A stretch of 64,000 nt of DNA from a virus. Positions within the stretch are counted from its first letter, which is position 1. Each line of letters opens with the position of its first letter. The notes beneath the pieces were generated by a model. It had not been told where the DNA came from, made no database searches, and saw only the letters and a list, made by a program, of their open reading frames with translations. The stretch lies in IMG/VR virus record IMGVR_UViG_3300037423_001547; one strand, given 5' to 3'. This document shows, in pieces, positions 41,751-49,710 of the stretch. The translations under genes were made by a program, and so were the position numbers.

Positions 41751-42122
41751 TCAGGTGGTGCTGGCGTGAACTCGGGGGTGCCAGCGCACTGTCAGGATCA
41801 CTGATGGGGCGAGTGCTTGCCAAGCGTGGCGAACGCCGGGGCCGAAGTACACGAACTGGCCCTGTTCGTGGAGGGTGACGTGGTTGGGGGTTTGGTCGGG
41901 GAAGTCGAGGCGGAATCGGCCGTCGATGAGGACGGCGATGCTGGCGGTTTCGGCGGCTGCTGAGAGTTCGTGGCGGTGGTCGCCGATGGGGTGCCGGCTC
42001 CATTTGAGTTCGAGGTCGTTGGTTTTGAGGGGGCCGTGGGTGTCGTCGAGGAATGCGCCGACGAACCAGCCGCGGGTTTCGGGGAAGTTTTCGGCGTTGC
42101 CGATGTGGATGGTGCCGGTCAT
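41751..42122 (-). CDS. cupin-fold protein, 123 aa
   Basis: GWFVGAF...LELKWSRHPIGD...AVLIDGRF...V.L...G.FVYFGPGVRHAW is a cupin-type motif pair. Confidence 0.65.
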   Translation of the reverse strand: MTGTIHIGNAENFPETRGWFVGAFLDDTHGPLKTNDLELKWSRHPIGDHRHELSAAAETASIAVLIDGRFRLDFPDQTPNHVTLHEQGQFVYFGPGVRHAWQALAPSVILTVRWHPRVHASTT

Positions 42123-42207
42123 GGGGTTCGTCCTGTCGTGTCGGGCGGTCAGACGGCGGGTGGTCAGCGGACGCGGCGGTCGGGGCCTTCGGGGTTGTGG
42201 TGGCCTG

Positions 42208-42468
42208 CTACTGCTTGCGGTAGTAGCCGTCGAGGAACTCGCGCGTGCCACGGATCGACCGTGCGAGGTCCTCGTCGAACTCGTCGGCGCGTTCAGCCAG
42301 GTCGTCGAGCATGGTGAGGGTGCCGTCGATGCCGTACTCCAGGCTGGAGATGCGCTGCTGGTAGCTGCGGTAGAGGCGTTCGTCGGCCTCGGCTTTGGCT
42401 TCGGCGGCGTCGCGGGCGGTGAACTCGTCGTCCACTTCGGTGTCTGTGTGCTGCGAGTTGATGGTCAT
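42208..42468 (-). CDS. small strongly acidic helical protein, 86 aa
   Basis: About 22 Asp/Glu versus 11 Lys/Arg by count. Complete ORF. Confidence 0.55.
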   Translation of the reverse strand: MTINSQHTDTEVDDEFTARDAAEAKAEADERLYRSYQQRISSLEYGIDGTLTMLDDLAERADEFDEDLARSIRGTREFLDGYYRKQ

Positions 42469-42495
42469 GGTGGGTACTCCTGTCAGGTCGGGCGG

Positions 42496-42765
42496 TCAGG
42501 CGAGCTGTGTTGCGGTGATCAGCGGGTGCGGCTCCAAGGAGACCCAGTCGCAGCCACCGTGGGCGTGGACCGCGCCGCTCTCCTCGTCCTGCCACGCGCT
42601 GTCCAGGTCGAACGGGATGCGGCGCGCGGCTTCAGCGAACGGGCCCTTAGCGGCGTCCTTGCTGGCGTACACGCCGAGGACTTCGCCGCCCTCGTGGTCC
42701 TCGCCCGTGGAGAGAACCCAGACGATCGGTTCGGACGGCTGCTGGCAGTGGGCGAGTTCGGACAC
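42496..42765 (-). CDS. hypothetical protein, 89 aa
   Basis: GTG 42765 follows AAAGGA. The longer ORF-track version is unlikely. Confidence 0.5.
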   Translation of the reverse strand: MSELAHCQQPSEPIVWVLSTGEDHEGGEVLGVYASKDAAKGPFAEAARRIPFDLDSAWQDEESGAVHAHGGCDWVSLEPHPLITATQLA

Positions 42766-42809
42766 GGCTGGGGTCCTTTCGTGGCGGTGGGTTGAGCGTA
42801 TGGCGGGGG

Positions 42810-42986
42810 TCAGAGGGCGCGGACGCCCCACTTGCATTCGGTGCAACGCCAGATGGGGCCGAGGCTGAGCCGGCACCCGTGATAGTCGGTGTAGTCCTCG
42901 ACGCGGACGAACGTGATGGAGCCGCATTCGGGGCACAGGTCGGGCTCGTCGTCGTACTCGACCGGCTGGGGGCTGGTGGCGGTCAT
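42810..42986 (-). CDS. zinc-ribbon protein, 58 aa
   Basis: CPECG...CTEC pair. ATG 42986 follows GAGAGGAA. Confidence 0.5.
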   Translation of the reverse strand: MTATSPQPVEYDDEPDLCPECGSITFVRVEDYTDYHGCRLSLGPIWRCTECKWGVRAL

Positions 42987-43020
42987 GGCGGTTCCTCTCG
43001 GTGGGTTGAGCGTATGGGGG

Positions 43021-43179
43021 TCAAACGGCGACACGGGCGGCGCGCTTCCACTGCTGCCGCTCGGAGCGCTTCACACGCCGGCGGGCGGTCTTGCGGTCAC
43101 GGCCGGGGGCCTGACCGCAGCAGTGGCAGTCGCGGCCGCCGGGTCCGTCAGGGGCGTGGCGGCCGATCATGCGGGGCAT
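43021..43179 (-). CDS. small basic protein, 52 aa (not in the ORF track)
   Basis: ATG 43179 follows AAGGAGAA. Sequence MPRMIGRHAPDGPGGRDCHCCGQAPGRDRKTARRRVKRSERQQWKRAARVAV. Confidence 0.4.
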   Translation of the reverse strand: MPRMIGRHAPDGPGGRDCHCCGQAPGRDRKTARRRVKRSERQQWKRAARVAV

Positions 43180-43191
43180 CGGGTTCTCCTT

Positions 43192-43536
43192 TCAGGCGGC
43201 GGGCCGGTAGGGGCCCCAGTCGCCGCGCAGCATCGGGTTGTACGGGCGGTCCTCCAGCTCCAACGGCAGGTCGGACCAGACCAGCATGGTGATGCCGAGG
43301 TCGACGGCGGCGGCCACACGGTGGTGACCGTCGACCAGCCACGGCCGGCCGTTGAAGGTGCGGACCATGACGGGGAGGGCGATGCCGTCCCGGCGGATCT
43401 CCTCCAGCAGGCCGGCGTAGTGCTCGGAGGTTTGCTTGTGGTTGAGGACGTCGCGGACGTACAGGGCGTCGGGGGTCTCGTCGTCGTCGACGGTGAGCAT
43501 GTCCAGGACGGTTGCGGTGGGGATGATGCCAAGCAC
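43192..43536 (-). CDS. ParB-like nuclease-domain (ParB/Srx fold) protein, 114 aa
   Basis: GIALPVMV....GRPWLVDGHHRVAAA is the ParB N-domain signature. GTG follows AAGGAG. Confidence 0.8.
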   Translation of the reverse strand: MLGIIPTATVLDMLTVDDDETPDALYVRDVLNHKQTSEHYAGLLEEIRRDGIALPVMVRTFNGRPWLVDGHHRVAAAVDLGITMLVWSDLPLELEDRPYNPMLRGDWGPYRPAA

Positions 43537-43560
43537 GTCGGGGCTCCTTACGCGGCGCGG

Positions 43561-43737
43561 TCAGGTGTTGTTTCGGCGGTCGAGTTCGTCGCTGATGCGG
43601 TCGGCGTAGTCGGCGTGGAACTCGACCACGGAGGGGCTGCACATGTCGTAGCGGGGGTCGATCAACCGCAGGCAAGCGGCGCGTTCGTCGTGGAGTCCGT
43701 TGGTGGTCATGGTGGCGAGGTGTTCGGAACGGGTCAT
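43561..43737 (-). CDS. small hypothetical protein, 58 aa (not in the ORF track)
   Basis: ATG 43737. Fills the gap between the SWIM and ParB-like genes in the coding-biased frame. Confidence 0.35.
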   Translation of the reverse strand: MTRSEHLATMTTNGLHDERAACLRLIDPRYDMCSPSVVEFHADYADRISDELDRRNNT

Positions 43738-43746
43738 GGCGGGTTC

Positions 43747-44103
43747 CTAGGCGGCGAGGCTGAGGATGTGGGCGGCGATGCGGTGCTTGCAGGGGTGGAG
43801 GCCCTTGATGCCGGCCGGGCATGAGCAGGCGGTGCGGTGGGCCTTGTAGGTGCGCGTGCCGTCGGAGGAGGGGGCGAGGTAGATGCCGGCGCGGAGGGGG
43901 ATGAGGGCGCCCTGCTCGATGAGTTCTTCGGCCTTGGCGACCTGGTGGGGCTTGTACTGGGCGACGACCTCGGCCTTGGCTGCCTCGCGGACCTTGCGGT
44001 GGCAGGTGGGGCCGTAGCCGAGAGCGGTCGACTTGGCGGACCGGAGCCCCCTGCCGCAGCGGAGGCAGTTGGTGTGCTGGTGGGTGGTGGCTGCGGCGTT
44101 CAT
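43747..44103 (-). CDS. SWIM zinc-finger protein, 118 aa
   Basis: CSCPAGIKGLHPCKHRIA (CxC...CxH SWIM motif) plus an N-terminal CLRCGR...CHRK ribbon. Start at ATG 44103. Confidence 0.75.
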   Translation of the reverse strand: MNAAATTHQHTNCLRCGRGLRSAKSTALGYGPTCHRKVREAAKAEVVAQYKPHQVAKAEELIEQGALIPLRAGIYLAPSSDGTRTYKAHRTACSCPAGIKGLHPCKHRIAAHILSLAA

Positions 44104-44237
44104 GTCGTTCCCCTCACTTCGTCGTGCTGATATAGACAAGGTAGTTCCGTAGCCCTAACCTTGTCAATATGAATGCAGCGAAGTTCCTGGAGGGTGTGGC
44201 GCTAGACTTTGTCTACGCCACATCGACAGGGGGAACC

Positions 44238-44480
44238 ATGGCCGACCCGAACGCCGACTACTGGACCGTCGCCGACATCGCCGAACACTGGGGGGTCACC
44301 GCGCAGACGATCCGCACCTACCGCTCACGCAAGCGCGGTGAACTGCCCGAGCCCGACAACGTCTTCGGCCGCTCCCCGGTCTGGCGGCCGGCCACCATCA
44401 TCAACTTCCAGCGGCCCGGCCAAGGCGCACGGACCGACCTGCCGGAGCGCCCGGTGAGCAGCGAGGAGAAGACCGGATGA
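44238..44480 (+). CDS. MerR/excisionase-type (HTH_17-like) DNA-binding protein, 80 aa
   Basis: YWTVADIAEHWGVTAQTIRTYRSR....LPEPD.....SPVWRPATI pattern. Plus strand, divergent from the SWIM gene. Confidence 0.7.
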   Translation: MADPNADYWTVADIAEHWGVTAQTIRTYRSRKRGELPEPDNVFGRSPVWRPATIINFQRPGQGARTDLPERPVSSEEKTG

Positions 44481-44728
44481 ACAGTGTTGGCATCCAGCTC
44501 GTCGGCGGCCCGGCCGACGGCAGGCTCCTCGTGATCCCCGGCGATCCGGCGAACCCGCCCCGCGTCTATGACGGGCTGATCTATGAGATGGGCAAGCGCA
44601 GGCTGATCTATCGGCGCGCGGACGGCCGGGGTGTCCTGGGAAGGCGGACGCCGGGCGCCGAGGGACTGCCGTGGCGCTACCAGTACGACGGCGACCGCCC
44701 GGTGCGCCCGGACGAGGAGCCCACATGA
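44477..44728 (+). CDS. hypothetical protein, 83 aa
   Basis: ATGA overlap with the previous gene. Confidence 0.55.
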   Translation: MNSVGIQLVGGPADGRLLVIPGDPANPPRVYDGLIYEMGKRRLIYRRADGRGVLGRRTPGAEGLPWRYQYDGDRPVRPDEEPT

Positions 44729-45126
44729 CCGCCCTCGCCGTCCGTGCCCTGCCGCACTGTCCGAACCCGCGCCGTATCCCCGCATCGGACCGCTGGACCG
44801 GTGACTACATCGCCGAAGTCTGCGACTGCCCGCGCGACCACCCCCACCACTGGCGCGTCCACTGGGTCCACCAGGACGGCCGCCCCATGCACTGCCCGTG
44901 CGGGCTGAGGCAGCGCGTGAACGCCCCGCCGGACGACTACCTGATCACCATGAACGACGGCTACGTCTGCGCCGCGTGCGTGCCACGCGTGCCATCCACG
45001 GTCCGATTGCAGGGAACACCGCTGGTAGCTGATCTGCCCTGCTGCTACTGCCCGGGAACAGCTCGGGCAGGCAGCGGATACGGGATCGACGGGCCGTACC
45101 ACCCCGAGCTGGAGCCCACCGCATGA
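44725..45126 (+). CDS. Cys/His-rich hypothetical protein, 133 aa
   Basis: ATGA overlap. CDCPRDHPHH, HCPCG, CAAC and CCYC clusters. Confidence 0.55.
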   Translation: MTALAVRALPHCPNPRRIPASDRWTGDYIAEVCDCPRDHPHHWRVHWVHQDGRPMHCPCGLRQRVNAPPDDYLITMNDGYVCAACVPRVPSTVRLQGTPLVADLPCCYCPGTARAGSGYGIDGPYHPELEPTA

Positions 45127-45129
45127 CGA

Positions 45130-45156
45130 CGGCCCCGCCCAACCCGGGCGGGGCCG
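45130..45156. terminator. bidirectional terminator hairpin with 11-bp perfect stem
   Basis: CGGCCCCGCCC-N5-GGGCGGGGCCG between convergent genes 44725..45126 and 45176..45592. Confidence 0.7.
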
Positions 45157-45175
45157 CTGCATGTCGAGGCGGACG

Positions 45176-45592
45176 CTAGCTGCCGAGACTCTCCACCATC
45201 TTCAGCTTGTCGAACCGACCATCCTTGCCCGTCCAACCCAACCCATCAAGCGCCTTCGCCATCAGCAGCACGGTGTAGTCATCCTCCGAAAGCGACTCGC
45301 ACGCCCCCGGCCGGCCCTTCCCGCCCTCCTTGGTCTTCTTGCCGAGCGTGTCGAACGCGTCGTTGGCCACGCCCTCGTACCCGGACCGGACCATGCCGGC
45401 GAGCGTCTTGTCGAAGGCATCGACCCGCTTCTTCGCCTCGCCGACGGTCGGCTTGTCTGCGGTATCGCCTCCGGTCCGCTCGGTGAGCGCGGCGGCGCAG
45501 TCCGTGGCTTTCTCGTCGCCGGACTTCGAGCAGCCGGCCGCCCCTACGGCGAGCAGGGCGGCGGCGAGCAGGGCGGTGGTGGTGTAGCGCAT
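45176..45592 (-). CDS. secreted lipoprotein, 138 aa
   Basis: Signal peptide with lipobox LLAVGAAG-C. ATG 45592. The ORF-track 253-aa version is unlikely. Confidence 0.8.
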   Translation of the reverse strand: MRYTTTALLAAALLAVGAAGCSKSGDEKATDCAAALTERTGGDTADKPTVGEAKKRVDAFDKTLAGMVRSGYEGVANDAFDTLGKKTKEGGKGRPGACESLSEDDYTVLLMAKALDGLGWTGKDGRFDKLKMVESLGS

Positions 45593-45686
45593 GGTCCCCC
45601 CATTGGCGCGTGAGATCTGTCGCCGCATCATCCGCCCGTGTGAACGCGGCGTGGAGGCGGTGTCACCGGACTGTGACCGAATGGGC

Positions 45687-45723
45687 GAGAGCCCCACCGG
45701 ACGGGGAGGCCAGTGGGGCTCTC
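45687..45723 (-). terminator. 11-bp perfect hairpin GAGAGCCCCAC-N15-GTGGGGCTCTC
   Basis: Lies in the 360-bp non-coding stretch between the translocase and lipoprotein genes. Confidence 0.55.
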
Positions 45724-45859
45724 TCAGGGGGTAGCCGTGGCGCTCGAAACCCGACCACGAACCCAGTGTCCCAACACTGTCAAACGGTGTCCGCGGGATC
45801 CGGTTGCGCGTCCCTGGCTTCCGGGGCGGCGGAACAGGGCGGCCGATCCTCCCGGAACC

Positions 45860-45940
45860 GTGAACACGGGGGTTGACCTGCATGGATGCGTGTTCACCGC
45901 GCAGGGCGGGGTGTTCAACGGCGGCCGCGCTGAACACCCC
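45860..45940. repeat. cluster of GTGAACAC / GTGTTCA(C) half-sites
   Basis: GTGAACAC 45860-45867; GTGTTCAC 45890-45897; perfect 10-bp inverted repeat GGGGTGTTCA-N13-TGAACACCCC at 45908-45940. Directly downstream of the translocase stop. Confidence 0.5.
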
Positions 45941-45953
45941 GTGAGCGGGCCTC

Positions 45954-47846
45954 TCAGAGGCTCTTGATGATGGCGTTGACCTTCCCGAGGGACACCCCGG
46001 TCGCCTCCGCCGTAGCGCGCTGCGTCGCCCCCGGGTTGGCCGTGAGGAACGCCCGCACCTTGTCTTCGGGGGACGCGCCGAACGCTGGCGTGGCCGTGTC
46101 CACGGCGGCGGCCGGCAGCTCCCGGACCGCGTTGTCGTCCATGGTCCAGGTGCGGATCAGGACGGGACCGTAGCCCTTGAGGAAGCCGTGGCCGCGGAAT
46201 GCTCGGTCGTCGGGGATCGACTGGGGTTCGTAGTAGGCGCAGTCGTCCAGTGCGACCTGGGCGTGGGTGCCGTTCGCGACGCGCAGGGAGAAGCGTTGCA
46301 GCATGTTCGGGGCGATCATCTTGTGAATGCCGGGCGCATCACCGCTGGTCACGCCGTACTGGGTCTGCCACCACAGCACCACGCCACGGGACCGGCCGAG
46401 CGATGACAGCTCGATCAGCTTCTGCAGAAGGTCGTCCTTCCCCTTCTTCAACCCCGCGATCACCGCGAGGATGACCTGACCCTCGTCGATGTTCACGGTG
46501 AGCTGCCGGCCGTCCCATACGGACAGGCCGCGGGCTCGCATCTCGCTCTTTCGGCTGGTCATCACGTCGTGCGCGTACTCGATCGCGTCGACGACCTCGG
46601 GCGTGTCGGTGGCGCAGCGGCAGATCCCGTCCCACACGTTGGCCTCCTCGCCCTTGCCGTCGATCAGGATCAGCTCGCCACGCAGGTGCGCGTGCGCCAT
46701 CAACGGGCGTGTCGACCACGACTTGCCAGTACCGGACGCGCCGGTGATCAGGAGCCGCTCGTCGAACCTGATGAGGACTTCCTCACCGGTCTCCGTGTCC
46801 GTGCCGAGGGACACCATCAGGCCTTCCGGCGGCGGCATGACGTCCGCTGTCCACGCTGTCCGGACACCGGTCGCGGCATGGCTGGACACGAACTTGACCA
46901 GCAGTTCGTTCGTGACACGGCCCTCGGAGACGATGAACCGGCCGTCGGCACGCATCGCGGTCTGGATCTTGTCCCAGCCTGTCCGGGCTTCCTTCCTGGA
47001 CAGCTTGGACAGGCCGACGGTGGCCTTCCACCCGGACAAGGTCGACGTGACCTCGCAGGTCAGCACCTGCTCGCTGAACACCTGCCAGAACGCTTCACGG
47101 AGCGCACGTTCCTCACCCGTCGATCCGCCAAGGTAAGGGGCCTGTTCCTGCTGCATGAGGGTCTGCAGCCGGGCCAGGTCGAGGGCGGTCTTCACCTGGG
47201 ACTGTGCTGCGATGGCGTCACCGCGGAACGTCTCGGTACGCGTCCGGGCCTGCTTGAGCCGGATGTCTTCCCGCTTCTCTTCGAGGTCAAGGCGGTGCCC
47301 GGCATTGTTGCGCTCATACATCAGCTTGAAGCCGAGCGCGGCCGCCGTCCCGCCGAGCCACGCGAAGAAGTCGACCCAGCCGCTTCCGGTGGCTGCGGTG
47401 GTCCAGGTGATCCCACCGACCGCGAGGCCGAGGACGACGGAGTTGAAGCCCTGCGGCCACGATCGGTTCATGCCGGCGATCCCGGCGATGGTGCCGATGA
47501 CGGTGGCCGTACCGCCGCAGAGGGACGGCCAAAGAGGGCCGTAGGCGTGGACGGCGATGTTCGCGCAGCCGGTGACCAGGGTTGGTACGGCGACAGTCCA
47601 GTAGCTGGTCTTCGCAGTGTCGGACTTCGCCCAGTCGGGGACCTTGCCGGCGTGTTGGGCGGGCTCGGGTGCGGCGTCCTTGACGACCCGTTGAGCGGCC
47701 ACCAGCGCAGCCGTGAGGGCTTGGATGTCGAGTTCCCCCACGCGGGGTGCGGCAGGCGCTCCAGCGGCCTCCAGGGGGCTGGCGTGCCCGTCCACGAAGT
47801 CATCCCACGCCGGATCAGGGGCACCCGGGAACGGGTCGACAGCCAT
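45954..47846 (-). CDS. FtsK/SpoIIIE-family dsDNA translocase with TraB-like architecture, 630 aa
   Basis: N-terminal TM helices, Walker A GASGTGKSW, Walker B-like LTVNIDEGQ, C-terminal wHTH ATQRATAEATGVSLGKVNAIIKSL. GAGGAG RBS. Confidence 0.9.
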   Translation of the reverse strand: MAVDPFPGAPDPAWDDFVDGHASPLEAAGAPAAPRVGELDIQALTAALVAAQRVVKDAAPEPAQHAGKVPDWAKSDTAKTSYWTVAVPTLVTGCANIAVHAYGPLWPSLCGGTATVIGTIAGIAGMNRSWPQGFNSVVLGLAVGGITWTTAATGSGWVDFFAWLGGTAAALGFKLMYERNNAGHRLDLEEKREDIRLKQARTRTETFRGDAIAAQSQVKTALDLARLQTLMQQEQAPYLGGSTGEERALREAFWQVFSEQVLTCEVTSTLSGWKATVGLSKLSRKEARTGWDKIQTAMRADGRFIVSEGRVTNELLVKFVSSHAATGVRTAWTADVMPPPEGLMVSLGTDTETGEEVLIRFDERLLITGASGTGKSWSTRPLMAHAHLRGELILIDGKGEEANVWDGICRCATDTPEVVDAIEYAHDVMTSRKSEMRARGLSVWDGRQLTVNIDEGQVILAVIAGLKKGKDDLLQKLIELSSLGRSRGVVLWWQTQYGVTSGDAPGIHKMIAPNMLQRFSLRVANGTHAQVALDDCAYYEPQSIPDDRAFRGHGFLKGYGPVLIRTWTMDDNAVRELPAAAVDTATPAFGASPEDKVRAFLTANPGATQRATAEATGVSLGKVNAIIKSL

Positions 47847-47917
47847 TGCAGTGTGCTCCTCAGATGGCGGGTGCGGGCGGGCCCGAGACGCGGTAGTCCC
47901 GGGCCGGCAGGGGTGGG

Positions 47918-48862
47918 TTAGCTGTACGGGTTGCCGATCCGCTTGGCGGTGCGGCGGATACTGTCGGCGTTCATGTCCGGGCGGAGCCGTGTGGCTGTCC
48001 GGACCAGGTCGTCGTGACGGACACCGTTGTCCGAGAGTGCCCGGACGAGGGCGGCCGGCCCGGACGCCTTGTCGGCAAGCGCCCGGAGAGCGTCCGAGTA
48101 TGTGTCCGTGCCGGTCAGGACGTTGTTCGCGTCTGCTGTCCGGATGCTGCCGGATACCTCATCCGGACTGTCTGGGGACGTGTCCGGGCGGTCTCCGGAC
48201 AGCATGTCCAGGGTGTCCGCCCCGACCTCCGCGACGGTGTCCGAAGGGGCCGGCCGGGCCGCGCTGACGGTGATGCCGAGAGGGGATCGGCGGGACAGCT
48301 CGTCCCGCTTCCGGATCCGCTCCAACCCGACCTGGAAGGTGACGTCGTCCCGCTCCAGGGCGACCTTCCCCTGAGCGCGGATCAGGGCGACCTCCTCGGC
48401 AGCCTCCCGCTCGATCTCCGCCGCGCGCCGCCGGGAGATGTATTCGCTGTCCCGGATGACGGCGTTGATCTCCGCCTCCTGCTCTGCGGTGAGTGCGGTC
48501 GGATCCCGGCGGAGCCTGATGTCACCAACCCATGCGATCTTCGCGACGATCGGGGGGAGGGCGCCGGCGAACGCGGCGGCTGGGGTGATGTGCCAGCCGT
48601 GCCAGGCGAGGAGGGTGCAGGCGACGCCGAGGGTGATCCACTCGACGACCTCGATGATGCGGCCGCCGATGCCCTTGTAGGACAGGTATTGGACTACGCC
48701 CCACAGGCCGTCGACGGAGACGGCGGCGAGGAGTCCCCACGCGCCGGACTGCACCAGGTCGGTGATGGACCATCCGGTCCAGCCGAGGGATACGAGGGTG
48801 AACAGGATGGCGACGGGCGTGAGGGCGGTCGTGCGGGGCGCGGGTGCGTCGGCGGTCTTCAC
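47918..48862 (-). CDS. polytopic membrane protein (DUF2637-like N-half) with a charged C-terminal half, 314 aa
   Basis: Four hydrophobic helices in the first 125 aa, then a coiled-coil and charged tail. GTG follows GGAGA. Family assignment is from memory. Confidence 0.6.
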   Translation of the reverse strand: MKTADAPAPRTTALTPVAILFTLVSLGWTGWSITDLVQSGAWGLLAAVSVDGLWGVVQYLSYKGIGGRIIEVVEWITLGVACTLLAWHGWHITPAAAFAGALPPIVAKIAWVGDIRLRRDPTALTAEQEAEINAVIRDSEYISRRRAAEIEREAAEEVALIRAQGKVALERDDVTFQVGLERIRKRDELSRRSPLGITVSAARPAPSDTVAEVGADTLDMLSGDRPDTSPDSPDEVSGSIRTADANNVLTGTDTYSDALRALADKASGPAALVRALSDNGVRHDDLVRTATRLRPDMNADSIRRTAKRIGNPYS

Positions 48863-48883
48863 GGTCGTCTCCGGGTGGGTGGG

Positions 48884-49123
48884 TCAGTGGATGTGGGGTC
48901 GGTGGGTGAGGGCGTTATGGGCGATCAGGGCGAGGCCGACAACGAGGGCGGTGGCGCCGAGGTGCTGGACGGCGGCCGTGGCGACGCCTTCGACGATGGC
49001 GAGGAGCAGGCCGGTGACGAGTTGGGCGAGGTGGCGGGTGCCGTCGGGGTGCATGGCGGCGAGGATGATCAGGCTGGCGTAGAGCAGGTTGCGGATGAGG
49101 TGGTCGGGGCGGCGGCGTCGCAT
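48884..49123 (-). CDS. small two-TM membrane protein, 79 aa
   Basis: ATG 49123 follows CAGGAGG. Hydrophobic LLYASLIILAA and LVTGLLLAIV...LVVGLALIA. Confidence 0.55.
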   Translation of the reverse strand: MRRRRPDHLIRNLLYASLIILAAMHPDGTRHLAQLVTGLLLAIVEGVATAAVQHLGATALVVGLALIAHNALTHRPHIH

Positions 49124-49377
49124 CGGAGCCTCCTGAGCGGGTCGGGTGGGTGGCTGGCGGTTCTCCTTGGCACCCCCGCGGGTCGGGTGCCGCGGGCAGC
49201 CGTCAGTCGTCGGGGTTGTCGGCTTGGCGGCAGCCTTCGCTGCAGTAGGGGTGTCCGCCGGGGGCGCCACAGTTGATGCATTCGTTGTCCACGGGCTACT
49301 TCTCCTCAGGGTTTGGGCCGGGCTGGCGGGACGGGAGGGGACCGGTCTGGCCGCCAGCCCGGCGGCATGGGGTGGGG

Positions 49378-49545
49378 TTAGCGGGTGCGGGCTTCTTGCG
49401 CGGCGAGGGTTTGCCGGACGTCGGCGGCGGCCGCGTAGTCGGCGGCGCACGCCTGGACGGTGGCCGGCTCGGCGAGGATCCGGTTCGGTTGCGGCGCGAG
49501 GGACACGGGGGTGGGCTCACCTTGGGTTTGGCCGTTACGCTGCAT
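49378..49545 (-). CDS. small hypothetical protein, 55 aa (not in the ORF track)
   Basis: ATG 49545 follows AGGAGAG. Confidence 0.35.
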   Translation of the reverse strand: MQRNGQTQGEPTPVSLAPQPNRILAEPATVQACAADYAAAADVRQTLAAQEARTR

Positions 49546-49645
49546 GCGGTCATCTCTCCTGGTAGGCAGGCGGATGGCTGGCCCGACGGGAGGTGCAACT
49601 CCCGCCGGGCCGTTCTGTTGGTGCCGGAATCAAAGTACCGACCTT

Positions 49646-49661
49646 GTTGCCACGTGGCAAC
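49646..49661. promoter_or_regulatory. 16-bp perfect palindrome GTTGCCACGTGGCAAC
   Basis: Lies in the divergent region 50 nt upstream of the plus-strand HTH gene at 49711. Overlaps a TTGCCA -35-like hexamer. Confidence 0.5.
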
Positions 49662-49710
49662 TAGGTCAGACAGGATGGTGTCCATGGGCGAGGCCGAAGG
49701 AGGGCCGGAC

